A DNA stretch of 62,883 nt, counting the filler, from Octopus bimaculoides (taxonomy: Eukaryota), in NCBI RefSeq assembly GCF_001194135.2. It is 4 parts of 4 records of this genome, joined end to end, with 100 filler letters (N's around TTAATTAATTAA, not from the genome) between each part and the next. Parts side by side here need not be neighbours in the genome. Positions count along the whole stretch, not along the records: positions 1 to 30,117 come from NC_068996.1; positions 30,218 to 58,628 come from NC_068981.1; 2 more parts are not named here. The stretch is one strand, 5' to 3'. Under the pieces are notes generated by a model, which did not search any database, had not been told where the DNA came from, and saw nothing but the letters and a program-made list of their open reading frames with translations. Of the stretch, positions 25,601-37,615 are shown piece after piece (the first letter of the stretch is position 1; every line of letters starts with the position of its first letter). Made by a program: the position numbers and the translations under genes.

Positions 25601-26139
25601 TGAAAGTTAAGTTTTGGAAGCACTGTATTCATTGTTCTCTCCACTCATGTTACATTGATTCACATCCCCCCACCATCAATGAACCAAACTACCTCTTATC
25701 ATGCACTACACCTATCCCTCCCCATCTGCCTTTGCTGTCTATCCCACCCTGTCATCTCTCTCTTGTTCACCCCATCAACTGTATCATTACTATCCTGCCA
25801 TTTACCCCACCCTCAAGTATTTTCTGCTGCATCCCTCTTTCCATCCATGACTCATCACCCTTCAACTCTAACTTTTGTAGTTGTAGGCTGCCTCCTCATT
25901 CCCTTATCTCCTGCAAGCTCCCCACTCATCTATTTCTGGTCAGCTCATGCCTTGAGGGGCCACCTGGATACCTATCTCCACTATCTCTTCACAGCTTGTG
26001 CTGATAATTCTTTCTTTCTTCTTCTAAATGTAACATTTCACTTTCATACAAATATCTGCTTTGTCCCTCACACTTTACCCCCCCCCCCCCCTCCCATATT
26101 ACAAAGTTGACATCTTCTCCTATAAGGTTTGTAGTTTTG

Positions 26140-26352
26140 TGAGCTGCATGGCAACCTCAATAGTGTCAGTAACACATAACTCAGTTCTCACTGTAAAGTA
26201 GTTGGCATTAAGAAGGGCATTCAGCTGTAGAGACCATGCTGAAGCAGACATTGGAATATGATGTTATCCTTAGACTCACTGGATCCTGTCAAACTGTCCA
26301 ATCCATGCCATCATGGGACATGGAGGTTAAAAGACGATGATGCTGATGATGA
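26140..26352 (+). mobile_element. SINE family C (RTE-type tail ending in (GAT)n)
   Basis: Tail cctgtcaaactgtccaatccatgcc...gttaaa..gatgatg. Related copies at 37970-38198 (+), 38580-38880 (-), 39570-39800 (-), 44830-44947 (+) and 49850-50313 (+). Confidence 0.7.
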
Positions 26353-27582
26353 TATATAATTATATAAATGTACAGGCGTGTGAGTTTATGTGTGCATGTG
26401 TAGAGGTATGGGTATATTATCTATACATGTAGACGTATGTATTGGTCTATATATGTGTCTCTATATCAAAACAAATACATATGAACATGTATATCAAGTT
26501 ATATGGACTAGTGTATGTGTAGAAGTAAACATCTCATACTTCTATATTTTTGACAGACTGTATGGCAATTGAACACAGCATCTTTTCTATTGATAAGAAA
26601 CCTCCTACTCTTACTGTTTAGTATTCAAATAAATTCTTGATCTTTTTGAAGTACTCAGCATTTAAAACCTTGTTAGTTCTGTACAGAGGAAAGGCCACAG
26701 CATATCAGTTTCCATGTTTGGCAATGACAGTCCTTATCAGGTGATTTGTCCCATATTTCAGCCTGTTGTCATTCTGATGCATTATATTAATGGGAGGTAA
26801 GATTAATAGAAAATTCCATGCAGTATCATGTCAAATCATGGTTATAAATTGAGATGCATGGGAAATACAATGCCAAGGACTGCAGAGGAGAAAGAAGACT
26901 TATAGAGGTTTTCTTGGTTTGCCAGTATCTATGATGCCATTCTGATATAATGTAAAAAGATCACCTTTCACCAAGCACTAAGACTTAACATTTTCTAATG
27001 TTGTCCAACATAACATGAACACATAACATTTTCTCTTCTCACACACTAACTACTGGAATTTGGCATAGCAGCTTCATATAGAACAACTATAACAGTCTAT
27101 AAATAAGCATGTTACTAAAATCTAAATATTGTAGTTGGGTTTGTTTGGGAGAGTACAGCCAGATCAAATAATCCAGCTCTCGGTTAACTAATCCTATAAA
27201 TCTATTTCACCGCTGAATTAAGTCTGTAAAAACCCGAATCTACTGAACTGTTATAACATAGCTTAAGGTTACTTTTATCATTTGCTGTACAATCTTTGAT
27301 GATTTGATGATGCAATCTGATTGAGAGGTAATTCCTCATATAAGGTATTTTTATTAATGAAACGTACGTAAGAATGTATTGAATAAACATAAAAATCTTA
27401 TATTCATTCTTGTTTTCTATATGTACTCGGCATTCAAAATGTCAACGCAGAACTTCCACAAGATATTTAGAAAAACAACCTGATTTTTCTTCATGACTAG
27501 GTCTTTCGAATTACAATACAACACATGAAATTCTAAACACTGGTTATGTTTGTGGTTTATATAGCACACCATGTACGTGTAT

Positions 27583-27629
<47 letters not shown>

Positions 27630-27959
27630 TACAACGAAGTTATTTGTGGACAAAGACATGTTTGGGGAAACAAACCGTGCATGCATTTAACTTCGAATAC
27701 TTAAATCAATAGTTGAGAAAGTGTCAAAGTAACTAATGTTGTCAGTGGTTCGAAAGTGATTTATAACTCAGAAAATATAATAGAGTACAAGAGAAACAAA
27801 ATATTAAACAGTTTTAATTCAGTTTGAAAGGTGCCAGGCAAAAAACTGCAATGGTTTGTAATGACGCCACAGAAAAAAAAAAAAATTTCTAATCAAAACA
27901 TCAACAATAATTCTTTTGCATTTTGCCCAGCAATTTTGATTGCATCGACTTCGAAATTT

Positions 27960-28086
27960 CGCTAGTGCTTTATTTCATCAACCCCCAAAAGGATAAAGGC
28001 GGATTTGAACTCAAAATGTAAAGAGCCGGAAGAAATGCCGCTTAGCATTTTATTCGACGCACTAAAGATTTTGCCAGCTCGACGTC
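27960..28086 (-). mobile_element. SINE family A, partial, CpG-retaining
   Basis: ggcggatttgaactc...aaatgccgcttagcatttt...ttttgccagctcg. Confidence 0.65.
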
Positions 28087-28630
28087 ACAATAATAAAAGA
28101 CGACTGTAACAAATGAAAAGCAAAACATTTAGTAACATGACAAATTGTCTAAAATATAAACAAACTAAAGAATTGGTATAATAAGATCAAGATTTGTCAA
28201 AGTTAATACGTCTGTAAGATTTAATTGCACTGAAGTTTTAAATTGACGACTACCGCTACTAACAAAGCCTTCAAAAGACAAGTACGCACGATAAAGAAAC
28301 AGCTAAAAGAATTCAACACAAGAATATTTAAAGGTAACAAAAGAATAATTAACACGCGATAGCAGAGATAAGTATGTATGGAAAAAAATGCTTCGAAATT
28401 TAAATCACAGCTTACGTACATATGAGCATTTAAGATACAGAATATTACATATAATTCAACATATAAATATATGAGTGAGGAAGTTGGTAAAATTTATCAA
28501 CAAACCTTAATATCATGTAATTAATAACGCTAACAACAAAGAAGTCAAAGTTAAAAATTCCAATCGATTAAAAGATAATGAAGAAACCCAAAGAAGTCTT
28601 TCTCATACTCGAAAGCATTTGTTCATATGC

Positions 28631-28667
<37 letters not shown>

Positions 28668-28937
28668 NNNNNNNNNNNNNNNNNNNNNNNNNNNNNNNNN
28701 NNNNNNNNNNNNNNNNNNNNNNNNNNNNNNNNNNNNNNNNNNNNNNNNNNNNNNNNNNNNNNNNNNNNNNNNNNNNNNNNNNNNNNNNNNNNNNNNNNNN
28801 NNNNNNNNNNNNNNNNNNNNNNNNNNNNNNNNNNNNNNNNNNNNNNNNNNNNNNNNNNNNNNNNNNNNNNNNNNNNNNNNNNNNNNNNNNNNNNNNNNNN
28901 NNNNNNNNNNNNNNNNNNNNNNNNNNNNNNNNNNNNN

Positions 28938-28993
<56 letters not shown>

Positions 28994-30117
28994 TCATGAA
29001 ACTGTTAGATATTACTAGATTCAGATATAAATTCTTACATACAACAATACGTAACGAAAACTACTTCGAACACGTGTATTTGTTTAACTTGGAATCGGAA
29101 GCGACACTTAGATTTTGCGCAATGATACGATATCCGGGTACCTGTCATCTTAGCATAGACCAAACATGGCGGCTCAGAGTGAGGGTGGAGGAAAAGATGA
29201 TATAAAAAGCCAGTTTNNNNNNNNNNNNNNNNNNNNNNNNNNNNNNNNNNNNNNNNNNNNNNNNNNNNNNNNNNNNNNNNNNNNNNNNNNNNNNNNNNNN
29301 NNNNNNNNNNNNNNNNTATATATATATATATACACACATACATGTATATATATATAAAAATACATAAATATATCTGTGCACATAAACATACATGCATCCA
29401 AACCAAGCATATATACATACATATTTATATGTATTTTTTTATAAATAATAACAACAAAAATATATATATATATACAAAAATCTTTACAAACACATAGTTT
29501 CATACAAAAACACGAATGTATACACACACACACACAGATACACGTGTATATACGAACACTCATACACATACATTCGCACACACATATATATTTTTTTATG
29601 TATGTGTTGTTACATGTATTTACATAGAGACTCATACACAATATCATACACTCCTTAGTACGTATATAAATACTGTCGATGTGTGGTAATTAGTAATAAA
29701 GTGGAGGGATATTTATCGGAAGGTAGTTCATATATTAGTGAATGAGATATTAAATGATTGAAAATTAATAAATGAATAATAAACTTAATGGATGGTCTAT
29801 TAATCTACATGAATTGATTATTTTATTAATATATGTAAGAAAAGCTGGGCTGAAGTAGGGGTTAAAAGAGTAAATATTGCTTAAGAAGACAAAGTTAATA
29901 TTATAAATAAGGTTTACTACAGTAATTCCGTAACATATCTATTAATGTAAAAGTTTTATCGAGATTTGAAAACAAAAATATATTATATTGATCAGTAAAT
30001 TATGCGTCATATAATGAGATATTTAAATGTTTGGGATATATCTTGTTACGAGAATAAATACTTAAACTATGATTGTTTTAAAATTAAAGATGTTTCTAGG
30101 AACGTTAAAATGATGAA

Positions 30118-30217
30118 NNNNNNNNNNNNNNNNNNNNNNNNNNNNNNNNNNNNNNNNNNNNTTAATTAATTAANNNNNNNNNNNNNNNNNNNNNNNNNNN
30201 NNNNNNNNNNNNNNNNN
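30118..30217. other. Artificial scaffold-join linker
   Basis: Exactly N44 + ttaattaattaa + N44; identical linkers at 58629-58728 and 60214-60313. Confidence 0.95.
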
Positions 30218-31038
30218 GTTGTAACGCAGCTGTTCAACAACATCGTACGGAGGTCGATTTCAATTGACTAAAACCCTTAAAGGTGGTGACCCAGCATGAC
30301 CACAGTCGAATGACTGAAATAAGTAAAAAGATTAACAAAGTACTAATACTTCCTAATGCAAACGAAATATATTTCTATACAGCTGTTTAATCCCTTGGTC
30401 CTAATTAGTTTCTTATTAAAAATAAAATTATTATTACATTTATTTATTTTACACATTCTGAATCTGATATTCAAAACAATAATTAGGAGACAGCTGGGTT
30501 TTTTTTTTTTTGTTTTAAAGAAATAAAATCAAAATACTGTAAGACATCTATTTAGTCCAGCGTTCGACTGCTTCTCCCAACAAGATTTAAACACAACTTA
30601 GGATCATAACAAAACATTTTTTACTATATTTTCTAGTCCAATGATTTATTAGATCGTTGTATATACTTGGAGTCACCTGTTGAAAAAAATGTAAGGTGAA
30701 TTAATAACTTTAGAACGCAGAATATACAGAGCTGTTCATTATTATTGCAGGTCTCAGCTGATGAGACTAAACATCGATTTTAATAGCCAAGGTATTAAGA
30801 AAACAAAAAAGCCCTGTAAAGTAGCAAAGCGACAACTAAAACTCCATCCAGCATTACAAGTAAATAATCTGTGGGAATTAGGCTAACGTTTGCAAACAGT
30901 TGACGTGAAGAGTTGACATTCATGATTTTGTGAAGAATTTGTATTGATTAGAACGATCAGGTATTTTTCTTTTTTTTTTCTTTTTACATATATTCATTGT
31001 TATTTCAACAGGTAGCTTAGGATTAATAATACACTCAC

Positions 31039-31105
31039 TTGAATTATTTTCAACTTCTAGTAATTCTTTGGAAATCGAAGCAGCTGTCTTTCTTTTTCGT
31101 TCCAT
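31039..31105 (-). CDS. Possible first coding segment of a divergent gene (MERKRKTAASISKELLEVENNS)
   Basis: ATG at 31105, then 22 codons plus 1 nt ending at a perfect GTGAGT donor; a second GTGAGT donor lies upstream at 31335. No convincing next exon or homolog recognised. Confidence 0.3.
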
Positions 31106-31329
31106 TCGTGTTAATTTTCACGTGTTTATTGTACTGATTATGGTATAATGTTAGGCTACACGAAATTAAGCACATGTCTAGCCGGTGTGTAATCAGCTAT
31201 AGCATCATTTAACATTCGTCCGACTCTGTTCTGCACATTATAAATAAGATATTCAAAATACGCATTATAATAAATAGAAGTTAGCTTATAAATTTCTTTA
31301 TTTCCAATCTTATCGTTTCATTTTCATAA

Positions 31330-31665
31330 ACTCACCATTCAACCGACACCATCTGAAGACAATTATTTTCATGTATTTTTGTGCCACATCGCCAAATCAA
31401 ATGGTGGGATAGAAGACGTTAGAACTAATTTTCGATGTCGTCTCATCTTTTTCTTAACTTTAAAATTACTAGTCAAAAGGGTTAGTTTTAAGTTTATTAA
31501 GCCATTTTAAATTTAATATTTAAAATTTAAATATATATTAATAAAAAATAAAAGTGCATTTTAGAAAAAAATGTTAATCTCGAGTGAGCGGGAGACGAAA
31601 CGAGATTTAACAAATGCAGTCGAAATATTACATGTTGGCATGTGTCAGTTTTGTTGTTGCTTGAG
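31330..31665. promoter_or_regulatory. Candidate bidirectional promoter / first non-coding exons
   Basis: Two CpG-rich blocks (31330-31445 and 31578-31665) around a very AT-rich spacer, each ending in an outward-facing donor (GTGAGT on minus, gag|GTATTT at 31666 on plus). Confidence 0.4.
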
Positions 31666-32438
31666 GTATTTATGAATGTTTTTTTTAAATATTTTGTTTC
31701 ACTCTCATGTCATTTGTTTATATATGACATCTCTGACATCGTAACTGGGAATTATTTTATATAAGATGGTAAGGAACGAAATAAAATGTTTCAATTGTAC
31801 TAAATCTTACTCAACATCTCAATAGTTTCCACGAATCATTGGATTTATGACAAACGTGTCAGAAATGTTCGGATGACTTTTCTCTGATATCTTTTTTCAC
31901 ATCATCATAAACTTATTTTAGTCTTACTGTTTTGAAAGTACTGTAGCTTTCTTCTACTCTTTTTTCTTCTTCTACTTTATATTAACTTTTGTTTACACGT
32001 TTCATTAAATCTGAGATTTTTTTCTTTTTTTTTCATATTTTGTGAGAACCGGTGATAATACAAGTATTAATCTCTGTCACGTCTCTACTCCATTGTAATT
32101 TTGAAAATTTTCATATGACATTTTATCTTTATTTTTGTCCCACACTCAGTGACGTGTATACGTGTGGAGATGTTTTTTTTAACCCTAGGTAGACTCTGAT
32201 CCAGCGAATCCATGTTAAAAAACATGTCAGTAGATTTGAGGGCGATTTGGGTGTTATTTTTAACATATTCAATAGATACGTTAAAAATCTACATCGTGTG
32301 GTTTATGTCGTAGATATCTTTTAGATAGAAGTGTATTTATGCTTCTGCGACCAAAATGCGACAGGATGTACACATAAAAGTAACAATTGCCAAATGTCGC
32401 CGTATCCTACATGCATTGTGTACTCATTAGGATCCAAA

Positions 32439-32588
32439 GTGGTAACTACATTTGACATTACTGCCAAAGTGATAACAGTTTCTGACTTTAGTGCCAATAT
32501 GCCAAATACTTCTGGCATTACTGCCAAAATAGTAACCACTTTTGACATTACTACCAAAATAGTAACCACTTCTGACATTACTGCCAAA
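32439..32588. repeat. 30-bp minisatellite, 5 diverged units
   Basis: Consensus approximately atagtaaccacttctgacattactgccaaa. Confidence 0.85.
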
Positions 32589-33059
32589 GTTAATATGTTT
32601 TCATTAAGAAGCATTTCTCATTAAACTTTCCAAGACGACTGAGTGTTACTTAAGTGATTGACAATACTTACCCTTACAAAATTAATTTATCCATGTCTCA
32701 TCAAAATCATATATCTTCCTGTATTTTACTTTGAAACCCATTAACATATAGAGCAGTTCTTAACTTACACCTCATTCTTCGTGTTTTTTTTTTACTTGCA
32801 TGATTAATACTTAATGTGAATGACAATATTTCTTTGTAAGAAATGGATATCATATACCCATCTTTTAACATCATGCATATATCCAACTTAATATAATATC
32901 CACCTCTTCTTAAACATTCTTCAAATGATTATTTGTATGTAAGTATGCATAAATACAAAGTGATTCTTTGTATGCATGCATACATACAAATTAGATTTTG
33001 ATTCTTAATATTAGTGAGTGTTAATGTGATTGTTTGTCATGTATTCTGTTCTTTCAGAC

Positions 33060-34215
33060 ATTAGCTGGAGAAGTAGATTTACCATGCTAGGAACTCATGC
33101 ATGACAGTGTAAGAACATCTATTGTACCCCAGTTCCAAGGACAGCAAAGTGACTGATGTAAGGATTGCATTGAGAACAGTAAGTGAGTGTAAGACATCTA
33201 AGGCAATCCAGCAGGCAATGGAGCAGCTGAAAGACAAAGCCCTCCTTCAGGGTGTGGAATAAGACAGGACTGGATTTGCAAGCAGTACCAATGTGGAAAC
33301 AGTGTACCTGGATGAAGCGAAAACAGTCAATGGAATAGAATGTCACTTGGCCGGACATCTGGAAGTGGGACCCACAAAGGATCAAGTTCATAATCCAGGG
33401 TATCATTGATGTCCTCTCCAGCTCATTTAACCTGTTAATGTAGGGCTTAGTGAAAACACTTGCATGTCATTTGTTTCTAAGATAGGCATCCTCAAGCATA
33501 GCTTAAGCAGCTGCTCCAAGGCATTGTGTAAAAGATACAAATCAACAAAGAGACAAATCAGCAAAGAGACAAATCAGCAAAGAGATCAGTAGGGCAAAAA
33601 TGCCATCGATACAGCTAGAAGTATAGTTTTGTGAAACAGAGAGACAGGCCAATGAAAAGACCCAAGGGCAATTCCAATTGATTACTTTCCACAGTATGGA
33701 GCTAAGTGATGGAAGTTGATTTGGTGAAACAGCTAAAGTTTCCTGTGCACATCACACAGAGCTTACTGAGACTAGATATTATCTTGGTTTCCAGTGCAAC
33801 AAAGCAGCTAGTCTTACTGAAGATAACTGTAACTTTGGAGAAGCTGAAGAAGGTTCAAGACAGGAAGCGAACCAGATACCAGTTGTCAGAAGAATGGATG
33901 GAGAGCAAACATTCCTGACTACTGCCCTCCAGTGGAGATTAGTAGTCATGGATTTGCAGATTGTACTCTGAGTAAGGCCTGTGGAACTCTGGGCATTTCA
34001 GGAACCTCCATAAGAGCCATCAAGAACAACATAGAAGTTACTGAGAAAATATCTATATAGCTCTGGCTGAAAAGAGGTGATTAGGAGTTCAGTAGAATGC
34101 CACTTGGACACAAGCCATGGCTTCATCAACCCAAGTTAATCACCTGGACAAGGGTGTATGCTGTATGACACAAAATACAGAGTAATTTCAGGATACAACA
34201 CTGATAGTGTGACCA
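33060..34215 (+). mobile_element. HERO-like (R2 group, REL endonuclease) non-LTR retrotransposon 3' remnant
   Basis: Encodes IWKWDPQRIKFIIQGIIDVL and VDLVKQLKFPVHITQSLLRLDIILVSSATKQLVLLKITV, then LWLKRG and a short 3' UTR; clade call is from remembered motifs. Confidence 0.6.
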
Positions 34216-36204
34216 AGTGTCACATCTGTAGATAGATGATGAACTGATTGTTTGACATGTATTCTTTTCCCAAAAACATTAGCAGTGTAAGTAAATCTTG
34301 CTTAGAACTCATGCCATACAGTGTCTAGATAGTTTTCTTCCTTCTATATCCAAGAATGAGTTCCTTATTTCTTCATCCTCTCCAAAACATCAATCTTCCT
34401 ACAATGTTGATATTGATTTGGCATTCACTGTTTTTGTTCCCTTGGTAGGAAAATTGCGTAATGCTTACAAAGGAGATGTATCAATTTTGGCAGGTGAATC
34501 AGTAGTACTTTACTAATGACACAATGTCTGTAGCATTCCTATTTTAATTAAGTAGTTAATAGCAGGAAAGGTGTTCAGCTGTAAAACCATTATCTAAATT
34601 TGCAAAACTGCACAACCTATACAAACACAGAAAAATAAAATGCAAAACAATTGTTTTTGTTTTTTTCTTTGTTGGTTTCTTTTGCACCAGTTTTGATAGA
34701 AATGTTCTGATCTCCACAAATATAAGTTTAGAATTTCAACACACAAGACAGAAACTTTTGGAATAAATCGAATCTAATTTAGATCACATGAAGAGCAGCT
34801 GGAGAGTTAGCAGTTCTGAAAAGCTATCTACCTCCTGTCAGTACAGGTGTTGTGTCAGACTATATCTAAGTACAGTCATAGTTACACAAAATCCCTTATG
34901 TTGAGAAGCTTTTTCTTCTTTTCAGCTGAATAATTGAACTCTGACACTGAAGCGATAACAACCTTGAATAGTCTTAATCAACATATAAAATGTATGCAAG
35001 GCTAATATTAGCATATGAATGACATTTATATCTCCCAGAAAGCAATTAATATAATTCTTTTCATTATTCAATAGCTTGTATCTAATGCTGTTTTCAATAT
35101 TCATTCTTGTATCAGCAGTCAGTTACAGTTTTCATTAACACCTGTTAACTTTGTTCAGTTTTACATTGTTTATTCTAGTGCATTTGAAGCCAAATTATTA
35201 CATACCACCTATGGGCCTCATTTGAACCATATTTTCTGCACTTTGTTCCAGTTCTTTTCACAGATTCATAAAAATGAGCTTTCTCGTGTTATCTCTAATC
35301 TATGTACATATAAGTGAGAGTTTGAGGAAGAAGATGAAAACCCTTTAGACAAAGAGAAGAGTTGGCATCATTTTCCACTAAGCTATGTATTCAGCCTGGC
35401 TGTGAATTGAAAAAAAAAAAACGAAACAAAAGCACGCATGGCAAAGTTAGTGGCAGACGATGATTAAAATCATGGTGTTACTGACATGGATGATTTTTAA
35501 TATCAATATTCAAAAGCTTCTAAGTGTTCTGGCTGATTTATTAAGTGAAATCAGATCCCAGATGACTCCACCCAAATTAGTAATTTATTGTTATTATAAT
35601 AGTTGTTGTAACATGTATGTTTCAAAGCTGCTGTGGGTTGTAGTTAAGTTAATGTTAGTATTATATATTCATACTCATTAATTAACCAGTTCTCAAATTC
35701 ATAAATCTTCCTCTATAAATTTGCAACCATTCTACAATACATGGCTGTGTATTTAAAAAGTTCACTTCCCAGCCACGTATTTCGAGTTCAGTTCTACTCA
35801 CTGCACAACTTGAATGCCCTGTGAGTAATAAAGCCTTGTGAGTAATAAACTAACTGAAAAAATGTCATCAACTCTATATGTGTGTGTACTTGTTTAAATT
35901 TACACATTTTTGATTATTGCTGAGCAGCGACATTGTTGTCATTTCTCCTGTCAACAAGTTGTCCACTGGCTTCATATTTTTGAAGATGTGGGTTAAAAGA
36001 TCCTTAAAAATCAGGTAAATGTTTGCAAGAGGAAGAACATTCAGCTGTAAAATATTGCCTCAATAATACATTTGTCTGACCCATGTAAAGATGATACAAA
36101 CATTTACGTGAATCGTGATTTATCTTTTTTTTTTTGTTTGTTTTATTTCAGAGCAACATCCATTCAACTTTTGAGATTAGAAATGCAAATTTTACTATGG
36201 GAAA

Positions 36205-36639
36205 ATGTCTTCCAGTCCAGAACATGAAAACAAAGTTCGACGTAGGATAATGGTTCCACGAATCAGCCATGAAAGCTCGAGTGGCATTGCCAGTGAAAAA
36301 GATTCCAAAACAGCCCCGTATGATTTAAAATCTAGTCACTCAACTAATATGCCTGAGGAAATTCCTCTATCAGACTTTAGGAATGGGAATGAAAACCTGC
36401 ATTTAGAAGGTGCAGCCAATAGTCTTCTGTTGGATGAAGACTTGACTAGTGATATAAAAGCACCGTTGTTACCATTGCAGGAAGATGACCATTCCCTTGA
36501 AGATGAAATTGAAATAGAAGTAAAAACTTTATCAGAGAGTGATGAGAGTGCACTTAGTATTTGTCTGCAAGTCTTCATACCATATATCATTGCAGGGTTT
36601 GGCACGGTTGGTGCCGGTATGGTGTTAGATATTGTCCAG
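36205..36639 (+). CDS. SLC41A1: SLC41-family Mg2+ transporter, coding exon 1 (145 codons)
   Basis: Acceptor tttcag at 36151, ATG at 36205, acidic N-terminus then LQVFIPYIIAGFGTVGAGMVLDIVQ, donor GTGAGT at 36640. The symbol means SLC41A1-like; the paralog cannot be resolved by eye. Confidence 0.9.
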
Positions 36640-37394
36640 GTGAGTCATATACTTTATTAACATAGCAGAACTTTTCAGGTGTTTACTCAGGCAAGACAAC
36701 AATATATTTTTCAGACATTTGCTTCTTTCTACAATTGTGAGTTTTAAGATGATAGATTATTAACTAGGGTTATTATTTCAAATCTTTTTAGAACTAATTG
36801 TTTTGTAAACTTCACTGTAGTACATTACAGTAAAGATACTTTACTCTAATGTCCTCAGCATCTACTTTGTACAAGTGTGCTAATAGTAAGATGAACTAGC
36901 CATTCCTTTCAGAATTACCTGAATCCAAAGAACTAAATCTATTTTGTAATATTTAATGAATGAGAAATAGCTTTTTTTCTGTCCCCTTTGAATAAGACAT
37001 TGATCTACCACAGGTAGCTTTTCACATAAGTCCAAACTACACTAGCATAGAAAATGGACATTAAATGACGACGATGACAATGATGGCCTTCTTGATGATC
37101 CTCTTTCAAACTTTTCACATTGTGTGACAGTGTGACTACTATGGACATAAAGATTCTAGACAAAATAATAAGCAACAACTGACTGATTGGCATGAAATCA
37201 CTGGCCAACACACACCATCATCTACACACAGACATACTTCTACTGCTATTACTGTGGCCTCTGCTCCTTGGAGATGGTTGATCCTGAACTACTTTCACTC
37301 AGGCCCATCTGACTTAAAGCATTAAAAAAAAACACATTTACTAATTCCTGCTTACTCTATTAACTTATACCATCTGCAGTATCTACTTATAATT

Positions 37395-37615
37395 TGGTGA
37401 ACCAATGAGAGAGCTTCTGTATGGTTACTTAGCTGCTAGAAATAGCAATCAAATCTTCAAATTACACCTTACCTTCTTTAAAAAAGAGAAAAGACTTATT
37501 AAATAATGTAATCCAGGCTATAATATGCTGCCAGAAAAATAAGACATGGAATAGTCTTTGCTGAAACACCTTGGATCATTGATCTGCTTAATCAGGGGAC
37601 CAAACAACAACAGCC
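37395..37615 (+). mobile_element. Unclassified ~220-bp interspersed repeat, family D ((AAC)n tail)
   Basis: Shared motifs gctagaaatagca.ccaaatc, gacgggatggtca and taaacaacaac. Copies at ~32200-32300 (-), 38300-38525 (+), 39310-39490 (-), 48168-48362 (+), 48940-49080 and 59895-60042 (+). Confidence 0.6.

Noticed and set aside
30637-31012. Plus-strand mini-gene with 60-nt and 51-nt GT-AG introns
   Set aside because: Splice-like signals are present, but the joined frame stops after 28 codons, has no credible upstream exon, and such signals are common in AT-rich DNA.
30920-31105. Full 61-aa ORF with KKKKKRK as a nuclear protein
   Set aside because: The lysine run comes from a poly-T tract beyond a perfect donor; only the first 22 codons are kept as a candidate.
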